A stretch of 62,571 bases of DNA, filler included, from Choristocarpus tenellus KU-1152 (GCA_964200185.2; 11 parts of 11 records of this genome joined end to end with filler, not necessarily neighbours in it); one strand, 5' to 3'; positions 24,525 through 38,899 are shown, counted from the whole stretch's first letter. Notes: generated by a model from the letters alone, not told the origin. Program-made: numbers and translations.

Positions 24525-26965
24525 TATCCCTACGATCACGGGTACCATACGGGCTGACCCGCGGCAACACATCCCCCGCCCCCTCTGACCCCGCCTCCAA
24601 GCCCCCCCCGCCCCCGCCCCCGCCCCCGCCCCCAACCCTCCCCCCACTCCCCCCGCCGTCACTCTCGCCCTCGCCGTCGCTCCAACTCGCCTCCAAATCA
24701 GTCGAGCGCCGTCTCTTCAGCTTACGCTTTTGCTTACCGTTGTTGCTCCCCCTAACGCCTACCCCCGCCTTACCAACACCAGCGTCGGCACTAGCCCCCG
24801 CACGGGGAGCAGACGCAGGAGAGGCGGCAAAGGAGGGAGACAACGGTTCACCCACAGCGGAAGACGCACCTCCCTTTCCCAAGGACGACCTGCGCCGCTT
24901 CAAGGGAGGGGGCATCGCGGCCTTGCTCTTCACAGCACCACCGCTGGCCCCGCCACCCTTCAGGGCAGTGCCAGGTAACCCCACACCACCACCACCACCA
25001 CCACCACCACCACCACCAGGGACCACGGGTGCAGTGTCAACAGCAGTACTGACAGGGCCAGTTGGAGACTGCGCTGTCAGGGAGGATCCCGCAACAGCAC
25101 TGTGCAACATCGCTGCTGACTTTTGAGCCCTCTTGGAGGCAGCGCCGCCCTTAGCTCCTTTGCCCTTCGTTTTGGCCTTGCCTTTCGCCGTGGCTGGACT
25201 GGCACTGCCAACACCAGCACCACCTTGTGCAGGTGTCCCTTTTCCTCCTACAACAGCGACAGCTGCGCCTCGCAATGTTTCACCAACACTGCCATTTCCT
25301 GAGCTCTTGTCTCTCCCCACCGACTTGTTGCTTTCCTTGCCCCTGAGCTTCTCGGCGCGCCGTTGCTCCTTGACACAGAGGGAGCACACAAACTTGAACT
25401 TCTTCATAGCGCCTGTTCTCGAGTGGGGCCAGGGGGAGGGCGGCAACATTCAAAATAGCAACATAAAAAAATTAAACGAGCAGGGTAGAAAGGAAGAGAG
25501 GGACAGTCAGCGGGGGGAGGACTTGTACGGGTAACAACATCTTCACAGAATAAAGATTAAAAAAAGATGCGAAAAAACAATGTTCTTGGGCTGGCTCCAG
25601 GGTGCCCTGGAGCGGGATCAGCACCACAAAACGTTACTGCATCCCTTGGCAACAGGAATCTAGATATCAGCATTTCACTAATTACTCCAACCCCCCCCCT
25701 CACATCTCTCACAACTGTCTACAAATGATTTTCAGACAACACCCTGCTCTTTACAGTGCACTTCTCTGGCAAGCTCTGAAAGGAATATTATTTTATTTCT
25801 ATTTCCATATCCTCCCACTCAAATTTGCTCGATGCAGGCAACCTCAGTGCTATCCCTCCACCCTCAGGACAAGCACAAGCCACCAGAACATAGTCTGCAC
25901 AGCCCTATCCTTAAGAACACAAACCCAGTCCCTCATTCCCTCCTCACCTATCCACGCAGAAAGTCCCTCTTACAAGGTTTACCAATAATTCCCATACTCA
26001 TTAAAAAAAAAAGATTGTATGACTGTACTTACTTGCTTGACGCTGGTCTTCCGATAGGTCCAACCCACAGCACTCGGGGTGGAACCAGCCATTACAGCCT
26101 CCTGTGCCATCAGAACACTCCACCATAAACCCCTCATCCGTGTTCTGACAGACACAATAGACCGTCCGTCCCTCAGCAGCCGCTGCCGCAGCAGCTGCCA
26201 CAGCAGCTGCCCTAGCAGTCTTACCACCCTTGGAGCCCTTTCCTCCTCCACGTGGCCTGGGTGTGGTCGTCGTTGTTATAGCTGGTGCTGGCATCCCTGT
26301 TGCTAAGGAGCCCTTGCCCTTGCCCCTGGTTGTGGTCTCATCCTCATCCTTTTGCACGGTATGAAGGACAAAGGAAAAAAAAAGGTTAATTGATTCGGCA
26401 CATTGATCAGGGTCACAGAAAAATGAACAATAATATTACGGTGCAGATTATAAAATAAAAACAAGGTTTTTGAAAGAGAGGAGAGGAATGAAAACGAAAG
26501 TTAGACAGGCCATCACTCTCTCTCTCAGTTCCAGGTTCTCATGTGAGTGCACAGTGATTGGGGAGGGGGGGGATCCAAAAAGGGAAAAAGTCAGGTAAAG
26601 GTCTGTTTACAAACAAAAAGATAAATCACCCCTTTCTTGGAAGTAGCATGGACATTTCTGTGGACTACAACAAAACACAGCAACAGATCCAGTGCACAGA
26701 GGAACACTACCATATATCAAGACGCATGCCAACAAGATGAAGGTAAGCCAGGCCAGCAGCAACTCAAGGGTTAACCAAGCTCAGTTGCATTCTAGTCAAG
26801 CCAGCACGCTGCATCTGGGGGGCAACATTCTCCCATCTCTTGTGGTTTACCCCTACTTACTCCCACCTCATCAATAGTCTTTTTCTTCTTTCGAGTGCGT
26901 TCCAGGGGCTCCACCAGGGATCGATCCACTCTCTTGCTCAATGCCACCCTGTCACCCTCCATCAT
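24525..26965 (-). CDS. PHD-finger protein with a long Gly/Ala/Ser/Lys-rich tail, 3' partial. Exons approx. 26861-26965, 26033-26348, 24525-25412
   Basis: The spliced sequence VYCVCQNTDEGFMVECSDGTGGCNGWFHPECCGL...SAMKKFKFVCSLC gives the full C4HC3 PHD pattern; basic NLS-like motifs (LKRRRS, KRKLKRRR). Confidence 0.85.
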
Positions 26966-28406
26966 TCCAGCTCAACAGCAAACCTGGGCCCTCTCCACGT
27001 GCACCTGTCTTAACACACAATCACATCGAAGGAAAGAAAAATGGAGGTCAATCAAAGTCCCCAATAAGATCACTTGGGCAGGTGGGTACAGTCGCATTCT
27101 CCAACGCCCTGTTGATTGCAAGACACGCGAAAATCATTGTGTTGGTCGTTTGAAGGGTGATCTCGTCGGGGAGGTGTGAATTGGGACGAGTGGTGTAATG
27201 AACCATACTGGCATCCCATTTCCACAGTGGAAATATCTTCCGAAATTTCGGCTCATGGGACTGTAGGACCGTCCATTCCGGGTAAGGTGTTCGTAACTGG
27301 TGTAGGCATAACGAGTGTTGCCACTGCTATCAAGCAAGATAGTGCATGCGACAGGATCTCATCTTGTTGCGGTTTTGGCCGATATCTGCTGGGAATTGGA
27401 TTACATTCCAAAGTAACCCTAAGTCATCCCCCATCTGACTACTCGCGCAATCCGCATATGCCCACAAACACCCCTTGGAATCATGGATTGGCACATTGTC
27501 TAGGTGTAAAAATTTCAAATCGCCCGCACTACAAAGAGTTCAGCAGGCTCATTTACCACAGCGCAACTACCGCCTTCTCCTAGGAATGTTGTTTTATTAC
27601 AGTTTCAAATGCGCCTGTACCTCGTATGGGCGAGGTTTCGGCAAAACTGCAATGAACTCCTTGTGACCGCTGCGGTGTGATGCACATCCTAGGTCAAGCC
27701 ACACCCCACATCGACCTACCCACGTTAGGTTACCTTTCTTGTTCAACCAGCAAGGATCCGACAGCTCCCAACTGACCACCACCCCACACTTCAGCCTGTG
27801 GCTAATCCTCCTCTTCCCCCTCTCACCCGCTGTGTAGTTGCCCCAAAAATAACCTGTACGCTCGACCAGCAACTCAAACGAGGGGCTGAAGCCTCAAGGA
27901 CCTCCAGACGATCCAGTACGGTATGTTGTACCGGGGCTCCAATAGGCCGGTGCCCCAAATGACCTTTACATCAAAATGTTGCCCCCTATATATAGTTGGT
28001 TGAGCCCCTGTGGTGGGCTACCCCCCAGCCTCAAAACAGAGGCTCGTTCGAGGTCGATGAGCTAAAAGGTCAAACATTTACTAAATAATTTTTACGGGGT
28101 TTACATACGTGCATTAACCGTGAATAATGTAAGTAACTATCTGTTTATAGTAAATGCCATAAATGAGGTTAAACTGTCTCTCTCAATTATACAAGTTGTG
28201 TTCTTCACTCTTCACAATATTGAGCTTTATCGTACGAAAAATACAAAATTATAAGGGGAAGTTACTATACTTTGTATCTTTGGTTCGATATAACAAACAC
28301 ACCAATCAACCAACACAAAAGAAATACCCAATAAACAAAACCTAGAAAGGATACGTAGATACGTAGATCGACAACGAGGAGAAAGGGTGTTTTGCGTACG
28401 AAGGGA

Positions 28407-28959
28407 ATGGCGGTGCCGCATGAGTCCTTTGCCAAGTGGGAAGATCTTATTTCCTCGAATGACAAATACCTCCGAGTCCATCCAGAGCTTCCCGTCCTCG
28501 TCTCTCATTTCCTAGCTCAAGGTGTGATCCCGGTTCACTTATGTGTGAACTTGGAATTCTCCAACAAGTATTGATTACCTACATTGTTCCATGATGTGGG
28601 AGAAAAACCATAGTCACCGGATCATGGATACCAGCAACAACTCCTTGTATCAACTCTTGGATTGACCCTCCACTCGCTCGTCCTCTGTGCCTGTAGCATT
28701 GGAAAGACAACCCTCCGATCTTCATGAGTTCGCGACACGGTTCTTTGGCAACGAGGGATTACACAAGGAGGTACTTACGGTAAGTGCCTTCGATATTGTT
28801 TGTACTCCGCAGAGTCCACCGTGACTCGCTCGACACTTTCACACGAAAATAAGAGTCCCACGGATAGGCTTCTCTCTTTTTCCCAACCACTCACATTAAG
28901 TTTCCCCTCAGGTAATGACTCGCAATGGAAAATCTCCAATTGAATTGGTCAGAAAATAA
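28407..28959 (+). CDS. Small (about 81 aa) RIIa dimerization/docking-domain protein, RIIAD1-like. Exons 28407-28521, 28697-28779, 28912-28959
   Basis: Spliced product MAVPHESFAKWEDLISSNDKYLRVHPELPVLVSHFLAQALERQPSDLHEFATRFFGNEGLHKEVLTVMTRNGKSPIELVRK*; fits the RIIa D/D pattern YL..HPEL..L...F....L..QP.D..EFA..FF; GT-AG introns in phase. Confidence 0.82.
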
Positions 28960-31900
28960 AGGGACCTGATTGCTGCTCAACAAGTGCATATGATTATCGG
29001 GATCGATGGCGATATGAACATCACACAGAGATCAGAAAACGCCCGAAGAGGGGTAGGTCACTCGTTCCACGATGGGTTGAACGCAATAGGGTCTCTGAAG
29101 TCGGTGTGTAAAAGTCCCAAGGGCTAATCTAACGCAGTGAACTGAAAGTCAAGGAGGGTTAGCAAAAGTATGTCGTGTTCGAAGGGCAGGTTTCAAACAA
29201 GATCTATGTGTGTGAGAGAGCTGACGGGCAGAACGAAAGCTCTGTGTGCATCCTGACTGATAAAATTCATAAAGTGCAACAAGGACTGTGGTAAGATGTC
29301 TTTTATTCTTTAACTATGTAGCTAGTAGGGGAGATGATTCGTAAGAGACACCTTTTTCTGAGGCAACTAAAGCTACACCCGGCACAGGGACATATTGAAT
29401 GAGTAAGTTTTCTTTAAACAAAGGGTGGAAGAAGGGGTGGAAATGGAGGGGGGTGAAACGAACCTCATAAATTTGGAGATAACTCGACTACGATGAGGTC
29501 TTTGAACTATATCTTGTCCTTTCTCAATTTGTAATGGTACACATACTATATATTTTCTACATGAATCTTCAACAATGGTGACATGACCACAGACACCAGG
29601 TACTATATTGCAATAGATGTTATTTCAAACTGTTGTGGGAGGGGGTCTCAGGTGAAAGCCTGCATCTTGTGCCTGTCCCACGACTTGACAGTGGTTGGTG
29701 TGGATCTGAGCGGAAGTATGCCTGCTATTGGGTTCAATCTGAACAACATTTATGGCACTAATACGACTCTAATCGAGCCCTTGCACTTTAAGCTCGATCA
29801 TGGTGAACAGCAAGCAATTGCCCCCCTTATGTTTGATCAAGTGACTTGAACACTGAGCTTCTTAGACAAACACAGCTGGATGCACCACCCCAACTCCTTG
29901 AAACATATTGGCACTCATTACAAAGCTAGGCAAGTATGCTACGGAAACTCTTGGTTTGATACTCCAGAAGTGCTTGCTAACAAGTACAACATACTTTAAA
30001 AGGTACACTGGAGAATAGGAAAGAGACAATGCGTAGCCCATCTACGGAGCCCATCCATCAGGAGAAAACATGGTGCAATCAATCAGATGAATCAGATGAT
30101 GAGGTTCAAAGTGTGAGCCTGATCATCAAACTGACTACTCCTTCTCCTCCTACGAATTACAATGCAACTGTAGCCTCCTCTTGTAAAAGGGAGGCGTATA
30201 TGGATACGGGGTAAAAATTCATCAGGCATGCATAAATATATATATGACTACTGTCGAGAAAGAGAGCGCTCCGCCCAACGAGTTTAAGTGTGTTCAAATC
30301 ATTCTTATCCCAAGTCTCTGTTCTCACCTCACACTACTCTTGCCCTGACCTTTTCATCTTGGCTTAAGATGGTGACCCCTCAGTCTGTGGTGCCTGCACA
30401 AGGCGGTTGATTGAACATTGATATGCTCAGAATGTGCAAGAGGTATCTGCAGACAGGATTGGGAAAGGTGTCCTGAGAGGTCTACATCTTAGACTTGACC
30501 CCATCCACGGCTCAACCATGAAGCATATACTTTCTAAAAAAACACTGAAGGTATAATTCGCCAGTGACTTCACAGAAGTTGGATGTGGTAACAGTACCAG
30601 ATCGAAAGTACTAATATGATAAGTAATGGGAATAGGCATCATCACCATTGCACTGGATATATGCGGGATATACGCAATCCCCTATTAGCCCCACCCACCG
30701 TCATTCAACCACGATACATCATAGAACTCTTACTAAAATTCTCAATTGTGAAATGTTGTTACATACAATCAATCGTTTATACTATAATATTTGCAGTCTA
30801 ATCAGTATGAATTGCAAATATGCGCGTGTGTGGACCTGGACAAAAGGTGGGAGTCATAGTAAACGAGAAGTGCCTACAGTAAGATTTTAAGGATGCTGAT
30901 AATTATATTCAAATTTCAACTATTTGTAAAATGCGTGTAGGGAATTTTCTTAACTCCGTCAAAAAATTTCAAACAATGAGGAAACCAACGGTCTTAAATC
31001 AATCTTAGCGCTTCATCCATAGATATATACTATATATAGTTGAATAGTAGTAGAAGATGAAAAGAGTGGCTTAAAACGAAAAACGGCCAAAACCTGGGTA
31101 CCTCTTGCTTTATTTAGCCTTGGACATGAGTCACCAATTGCCATTTTGAAAATTTAGGGCATGCAAATTTTCACTATATAGATTACTTACGACTTCTGAG
31201 TACGAGCAACATTTGGATTGTGTAGCCAGTACTACTACCCATCTTTGTAACAAGAAATCAGTCGATAGATTCAAAATAACTGCATCAAACCTACAGTCTG
31301 ATCTGATATCATTCGTCGCCTATTGGGTATCCCTTCATCAGGCCGTCGTCTTAACCGTCTATGATATTGAGCATCGAGGTCACATCGTCCCAACTAGGTT
31401 ACGCTTAATTTGGCACTAAAATAGTAGTGTGTACTGTGTTTCCTGCTTAAGTTAAACGTATCCTATGCACACATAACAAACATGAAGTGCAGTTTTTCGT
31501 AGTGTATGCATGCGGGTCTGTTTTGCCCTACTGCAATTGTCACCGAGGCTCTGTGCAGATATTTCTCTCAAGAGCGGCCAGTTGTGTGGTGGCTATTTGC
31601 GACGCGGGAAGTGAACGGACCACACAAAGAAGTGATCGTCTTGTAGAGTTGGTTCGAAGCATCAAGGAATGAGCATGAAGGACAGTAAGAATGTCGTCCT
31701 AGTGATCCCAAAGCTCCCAGAAACCTCTGTGCAGTACACCAACGTAAGTATATTTTTACTTGGATTGGAGAAATCTGGTGCGACTTAGATTAACACTTTT
31801 ACATTTATTACACTGACAGGTGCCGAAGAGAATCCTGATTGGAAAATGCCGTACTTATAGAAGAAGTCGTGTCAACCTCTTCACATCATGTCTTTCCTGA

Positions 31901-33697
31901 CAATATCATCGGGGTTGATTACTTTTATCGCAAATAAACCTGGCGCATTTTGTTACACCATCTTCAGAATATCTGTTGCTCATTATTTTCCCCTTCAATA
32001 TAACATTTTTTGGCTCACCGACACTCTGCCAATGTTACCCTCAATTATAAATATTCGGTACTTGAAATACAATAATGCATCTGGTGCATGCGTGTAACGC
32101 ACAATATTGTGCAATAATATTTTTCATACGACATGAGCAACACAACAATATGCTGGCAATATAGAGCGCTCAGGAACACAAGTCGATGATACAACTGGTG
32201 TATCATAATACTCTCACCATACGTTAAAATGAAAGTGCATAATTACAACGAACGAGTTGTGACACACACTTGGTTCACATGCACATGTCCTCGCACCAAC
32301 AATGCACAGTTGAATGTAAGAAAAATGTACTCCAGAGTAGAAAAACAGTCACCCTGGGACATATTTGCGTGTCATCTCTATTGAGAAGGGCAACACAGCA
32401 TGAAAGCAAGAACATTGGAAGAACGTTTTGGATGGTACTGCACATACCATTGGAAGTAGTAGTGGTTCAATGTAACATAGTCCAATTTCCACATGCTCAC
32501 CTTTGGCTACTATATCAACACACAATATTGCTTTTGATTGCGTCCAGTCCACCATTAATCAAACTACTTCACACATGTCTGGTGACTTCCAATCAACAGC
32601 AGCAAGCCGTTCTATGTCAAAGCATGTATGACCTCAACAAACTCATCCATTGTCCATTGTTACAAAAAAAAGTATGGCATGAGGGTTTCAAGACCCTTAA
32701 AGTGTCTTCTCCACTCTTGTTACACAGGGAATAAGCATTTGGGCCTGGATGGTGCAAAATTAAAGTCAACCCATCCATGCATCATTTTCACTCTTGGTAT
32801 GGGGAGGTGCCTTCCGCCTGCAACCTAGAAGTGCAGAAGTTCTGTAGGACTTAGCACCCTCTGTATGCGCACTACTTAGAAGAAACTAAGACAGAGGAGG
32901 CTATAAATGGGAGAAAGCCCTGGTCAGATGGGACAAGGTAGGCACAAACACAGAACAGGTACTAAACAAGTACTCCAAAGTTGTTTTCCCGAGTCCAAAA
33001 CACCATCTCTGACAGGGTCCTAACTATTAGTTGGCTCGATGTCAACTCCAAATCTGAAATACATAATAGTTGCAGCATACAGAACGAAGTTTACGCATCA
33101 AAATCTATTCGAAGGAAAGAAAAACATGGCCAGTAAGGATGAAAGGACACCACCCGTAGTTGTTTTATAGCCTTTTTAACATTAGCCACCTGTACAGTGA
33201 ACACTAGAGGTTGGGATACTCAGGAATCAACACAAGCCAATCCGAATTGGAAGTACCTTCAGCAGTACATCAAAAGAGTACTCTTTGCTAAAGATCCACC
33301 TGAATAGCAAAAAGGACCACAACAGTCCAACTAGTGCGGAGTGACTCATCACCTGGTTGAATCTAATGTTACATCTTCTGTCTTGTGCCACATCTTCTGT
33401 AACTCAAGTCAACAAAAAAAGTTACTGGAAGGGATTCAAGCATATGCATATATATATGTATGTATGACCGCACTGCATCAAAGTCACCTAGGGTCCAAAA
33501 TATATCACCTTTGGTACACCTGCACACTACTGTGGACCTCAACAGTAATACTATGGCATGCACGTGGGTCATGGCTCTGATCACAAGCACAGCAAAAAAA
33601 CAGTGCACGGGTGTAGAAACTCATGGACAGTAAGTAGGCATTCACTTTCCGTTCCCTATACTCCCATGCCGTAAGGCAGTCAGGATCCTTCTCCCCA

Positions 33698-36110
33698 TCA
33701 TGCATGGATTTTCCCTCCCTCCTCCCGCCATACCACTTCTGCTGCTCTGTACTCTTCACTGTATTTAGATCCTGGATCATGCACCCTCTTGAAGGCGTTA
33801 TTGGGGTGATCAAGGCGAAAGAACACATGTACATGGTACCAGTGGATTGATCTGTTCCCTGCGTTATCATCGTACTCCCACTCCACAACATGAGGTCGGT
33901 TTTCCACTACCCAACCCTCGACGAACTCTGAGAGTTCCTTCTCAGAGAGATCACGGCGGCTCCAGAGAGTCCAGTGCTCAATGTCTAAGGGGATATCATA
34001 CGGAAACATGTTAGGCTCCAGCACCACATCACGTTGTTGTCCAGTGAAGGGGCAGGTGAAGACTGTATCCTCTATAAACTGAGGTGGTGGGTCAGGGTAA
34101 AGCGCATCAGGGAGTGGGAAAGGGCGGAAGAATAGATGTGAGGGACTTGCCAGCTGAAACATGTATCGGACTAAAATGTTAACAGTGGCACTAAGCAGAA
34201 AAAAAAATAATTGAAGGGGCTAAACTTTTCAGACATTATCATTTCCTACCAGAGTTTACAGACTGCCCACTTGTAGATCTGCAAATCATCTATGTGCACA
34301 GAGTAAACACTGAAGAAGAAAACATTGTAAAAAATGACCTCAGGTTCAGGCACATCGTAAGATAGCTATCATGTAGAAAACAAAAAATCTACAGGCAACT
34401 GCTAATAAATCAAGAAAAATATGGACAAGTTGAGAGAAGACTACATAGACATCCAACACTTAGAAAATGGCCCTGACTGTGATGTGTAAGGGAAAAATGC
34501 AAAGTGAATCAGGAACTATTAGTACGATAAGCAACAATCCTGGAACAATTTTCAATACAAGAATGTCACCAATCACATCACCGACTCGGACATAAAGTCC
34601 TCTCAAAATCAACAAAAAAGGGATTGCTGTACCCAGCCGCGTTAGAAATTGAAAAACGTAACCTGGCAGGTCAGAAACTAATCTGGAAATTTCCTGTTCA
34701 CTGCCAACCAGGAAATCGGTACTTGGCAGAGTGGTATGAAAATATGCTGTTATCCACAAAGGTCCAAGCTAAAATAGGAACTTGAGATACCAAGTGAAGT
34801 GCTACAGACAGGAAAAAAAATTGAAAAAATGGGAGGCCCCCATCCTGCCTTTTCTCCTCGAACACCCTTGATTTGGCTATCCTTTGCCAATCATCAACAA
34901 AAGAATGCACAGCAAACTGCTTTGCTGCAAGTTATAGAAATTCATCAAAACTAATAGTTTAAATAGAACACACCTGCTCTCTAGAGTAGGTACACCGGTC
35001 AAGATATTCCAAGTGCTTGGTCTTTACTTTCTTGCATTCTGCAGTACGCACCCAGAATTCAATCTGCAAAAACGAAGGGATGAATATATATATATATATG
35101 TATTATGTATTAGAGTCGCAGGCTGTTTGTTCAAAGGGTCATCCAAGTAACTAGTGTGTTGCCTAAATTTTCTTTTTCAAGAGTGTGCATAGAGTAAAGA
35201 TTTTTTCAGGGACGAATGTTGCCTTGCACAATATACTGGGTCTGTAAGGCATCACTTAGTTCATCACAGGAAAGAAGTACTACTGCAAATTCTTCTGTTG
35301 GGCAACTATGTACAAAACAACCTCGTGTGCTCACGTAACACCCTGAACAAAAGAGTTCAATACCAGATTTTGCACTACACAGTTTAGCAATCAATTTCAT
35401 TACAGATCTCCCATGCTTTCAGAATTTCAACAGCGGGTGAGGAGACCTGGTACATGTACACATTTTAACAATTCCATGTATCATTTCCTTGACATGTAAT
35501 TTTGTCTACCACACTCAACCCGTAAGACCAAACACTGTTCCCACTCCATCCCTAACCCCACATAAGTACTTCAAATACTAACATGCTTGAACAAAGAAGC
35601 TCTAACACTTTACATAGGAGCATAGAATAAAAAACCACAAGAACCCAAAGTTCCCCAAAACAACATAGAGATACAACTTAACCCACCTTGCCTGTCAAAG
35701 GTCGAGAGGAGTTGGGAAGCTCTTACTAACAATCTACCCCCAGCCTTGTAAATTGGCACTGAACAAGTCACCTTGAGTGATCGCGTCGGAGGCTTCCCAT
35801 ACATCCACGTCCCACCATTGGGTTGACAACGAAATTCCCTTCTTTTAACACGATTGGTTTCTTTCTCCCTTCTCCTCTCCCAAGATCTTCGCCTGGGCAT
35901 ATTCTGAAAGACTAGCCTTTTACAACTTCTCCCTCGACGTTGGCAACTCCGGTTCGCTCGCCAGTCACTCGTAGCAGATGATGATGGCAACGAGCCAGAA
36001 TAGGAAGAAGTAAAGGAGGACGAAGACCACGAAAAGTCCGAGGAAGTAGTGCAGGCGGATAGAGAAGAAGAAGAGGAAGGAGCAGGACTCAGCGTTCTAC
36101 GTAAGAGCAT
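33698..36110 (-). CDS. DUF3605 / GIG1-like HIT-related protein with a Ser-rich N-terminus. Exons approx. 35772-36110, 34974-35063, 33698-34078
   Basis: Motifs EPNMFPYDIPLDIEHWTLWS and NRSIHWYHVHVFF resemble the DUF3605 family (N.wPY.....I.H..vWs; .SI....H.HV); phase-0 introns; C-terminal end uncertain. Confidence 0.8.
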
Positions 36111-37419
36111 TGATGGTCTCAGGGAATTACACCACTGTCGCCGTGGTGGAGCGAATGTTGAGTTTGTTTTGTCTTGAAAGTACGTGGTGCGTCGAAATTT
36201 AGCCGAGGTCAAGCAATCGGCTCCTGATTCGTCACCCAGGCCTCGTTTGATTTTTGACTCCAGTCTGTACTTGACAAACAGATAAGAGGGGGAGTGAAGG
36301 AGGTGCGAGTGTTAGAGACAAATCATAGGTCACAAATTGATCAGAGATGATCAGCACTTTCCTTGTGACCAACATTAATTTTCCCTGTTGATGACTCGGA
36401 AAGAACGGCGATCTTTTCAGCAGGGCGTCTTATCTTTCACCAACTGGTGAAGAGCAACGGATGCCCTGCGATAAATCCATCGATCAGGAGTATATCCAAC
36501 CATTCTTAACGGATCATACAACGTTTTCTGAATAGTTCCCATACTGCGAACATACAATAATCGCTGACAGCTTCAAGGTGTGTTCTTGGAAGAACTCGGA
36601 AGCCAGCAGCGGCAGCTGCAAGCTGCGTGACGCTTGGTCTTTGCGGAGGGGCATCCCTGGGCTTCGGCGCGAGCACAGGACAGCAAAAAAGGGGACCTTG
36701 CGTTACGGCATTTCCCACTCAAGCTCAGAATTGGAGGGAATCCAAAAGTCAATAGCAGAAGATCTCAACGAGCACGTATTTTTATCTCACCCACTGACAC
36801 ACATGTTTCTCATTGCTTTCCCACAAGTGAGGTGAACCCCCACTTCGTTTCTCCTGGACCAGAAGTTTTCCCTCTTAATTGAAGCTTCCTTTGAGGAGAC
36901 TTAAACGTGCCCCACAGCCACTGTTTTCTTAGTGGACTTCTCTCTAGAATGGGACCTCCTAGGCACTTGCACAGCTGTTGTTCGACTCTCCACAACTGGT
37001 TCACTCTCCACAACTATTGGAAAGTCTACACTATGTGAGTTACTATTCTTCAGAGTGATGGAGTTATAGTACAGTGGTAGAAGTTGTGACATTTTACAGA
37101 TGTGCCATGAGGGAAACCAATGAAAACTATTGTCAGTATAAAAGCCTTAATGAAATAAAATGTCATAAATGTGAAAGACACCAATCCCATTTGTTACCAT
37201 ACATACAAAATTATATGTATGGAAACATCATGTTTGAGGTTGAAGAAAAAAAATAATAGTAAGAGGAATCATTATACAACTATTAACATTGATGATGATG
37301 TGTATAACTATTATCTTCTTTTTTTATTGGATGAAGAGGGAAGAAGGAAGAAGAGCGAAAGTATCTCAACATCCATATTATGTTATCTCTACAACTATCA
37401 TCAATACTCTGCATCCAGT

Positions 37420-38100
37420 AGTATGAGGATATTTGTTCGCATGGAGGATGGTGAATGCATACGCTGGTCCGAGGTCAGACAGGGTATAGGGTAACGGTGT
37501 GTTCTTGCTCCCATCCTCGTCAATATCTCAACTCTCCAATAATACTCAGGAGTCCATCACAAACCATCCATCTCCAAGGACCTTGTTGTCATCAAAGCAA
37601 GTAAGTGGTCGCAAACAACAAGATCAGAGGAGAAGCAACAAGGAGTGGATGACACTTGAGCGCCTCTTGTGTGGAATGCTTCATGCTAATCAGACGCGAG
37701 GCATTGTGCCCAAGATCCCCAAGGAGATTTGACCCGACCCGGATAATGAAATTTTAGGTGGCCATATCATTCCGTCTGACTTTGGAGGCATTAATGACGG
37801 AGACCATGTGTCTTTGACCTCCTGATCAGGCTGCCGAGACTATGCAGATGCGGGCACTGGACCACGCCTATAAGCAAACTGGAAAGCTTGTTTACCTTGC
37901 AGGAACCGTCAGTGACAATGACACTAATACTGCTGAGATCAGGGGGGGGGTTCAAATGCTTGGGGGGTCGTTTTCATAAATACAATCGATTGCCTTGTGG
38001 TAGGACCTCAGGTGTCTGACCTAAGATTGATGCTCGAATGTTCAATGCTAGAGCATTTGAAGTTCTGTCACATGGTTGTATGACGTGAAAACTCCAACAG
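37420..38100 (+). mobile_element. Decayed RTE-like LINE reverse transcriptase fragment
   Basis: Remnants EVRQG...CVLAPILVNI (RT QG-box), LCGMLHAN..GIV (degenerate YADD region) and AYKQTGKLVYLAGTVS, with stops and frameshifts; homologous to 19290-19990. Confidence 0.75.
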
Positions 38101-38866
38101 TCAGGTTCATTTTCGAGGGTCAAAGGTCCTAGAAGGGAAATCTACAGATTAAAACCAAGTCCAGTATTCCCGTCCGTGCACCCATCATCAGCATATCAAA
38201 AACATCGACATCACCATCATCAATGATACTATCGACACCAACTCGGACAATTGTTTCGATACCTCCCAATTGTTGTATGCAAGAAATTCCAGGTGTACAC
38301 TTGGTAACGCTAAAATTTTCCAAAATAACTTTTCCGTGGGACAAATAGGTGCATGGGATCGTGATTGTCATATTCTTCCAAAAAGATGGCCCCAGTAGGA
38401 CCTCCCAGTGGCCACCAATCTGCCAACTGCTTACCTTAGTGGGAATCGTAGCCCCAATCCACAGCACAGGGCTGTATGCTAATGATGAGGCTTGAAGACA
38501 GCACCTATTCTGACGTGTCGGTAGCCTGATAGCCAACCAAAATGAATAGTTATCATGATAGATAAAAATGATTAGATTTTCTTAAGTTCAATGCACGAGT
38601 GGTTCTCAGAGTCCAAACGTAGGTGGGAAAAACTATGATTGGGATTCGAAACGTCAAGTTTTGAGAAGCCGCAATAATACAACAGAAAGATTTGCTTTTT
38701 TTCTCAAGTTTTAGATTATACACTGTAACAAGAGCAACCAGATTTACACTTTTGGGCTGTCCACATGCATACCTACCACTCGTTCTGGTTAGAGCGGAAG
38801 AAAAGCAGCACATACTCCAGTGGCCTGTAGCAATATTACTTGATCGTGTCGCAACAAACAAAATGA

Positions 38867-38899
38867 GACCCAAAGTATCTGAGGAGGGGGGGGGGGGGG
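38867..38899 (+). mobile_element. MITE end (GACCCAAAGTATCT plus poly-G) at a contig edge
   Basis: Shared 14-bp TIR followed by a G-run, then the linker. Confidence 0.8.

Noticed and set aside
29583-29849. Faint resemblance to a Sola-type DDD transposase segment
   Set aside because: The catalytic motifs are not actually present and the similarity is too weak to claim without a profile search.
31670-31900. Possible small two-exon gene (MSMKDSKNVVLVIPKLPETSVQYTN...)
   Set aside because: Good GTAAGT donor, but the product is only about 50 aa with no motif; insufficient support.
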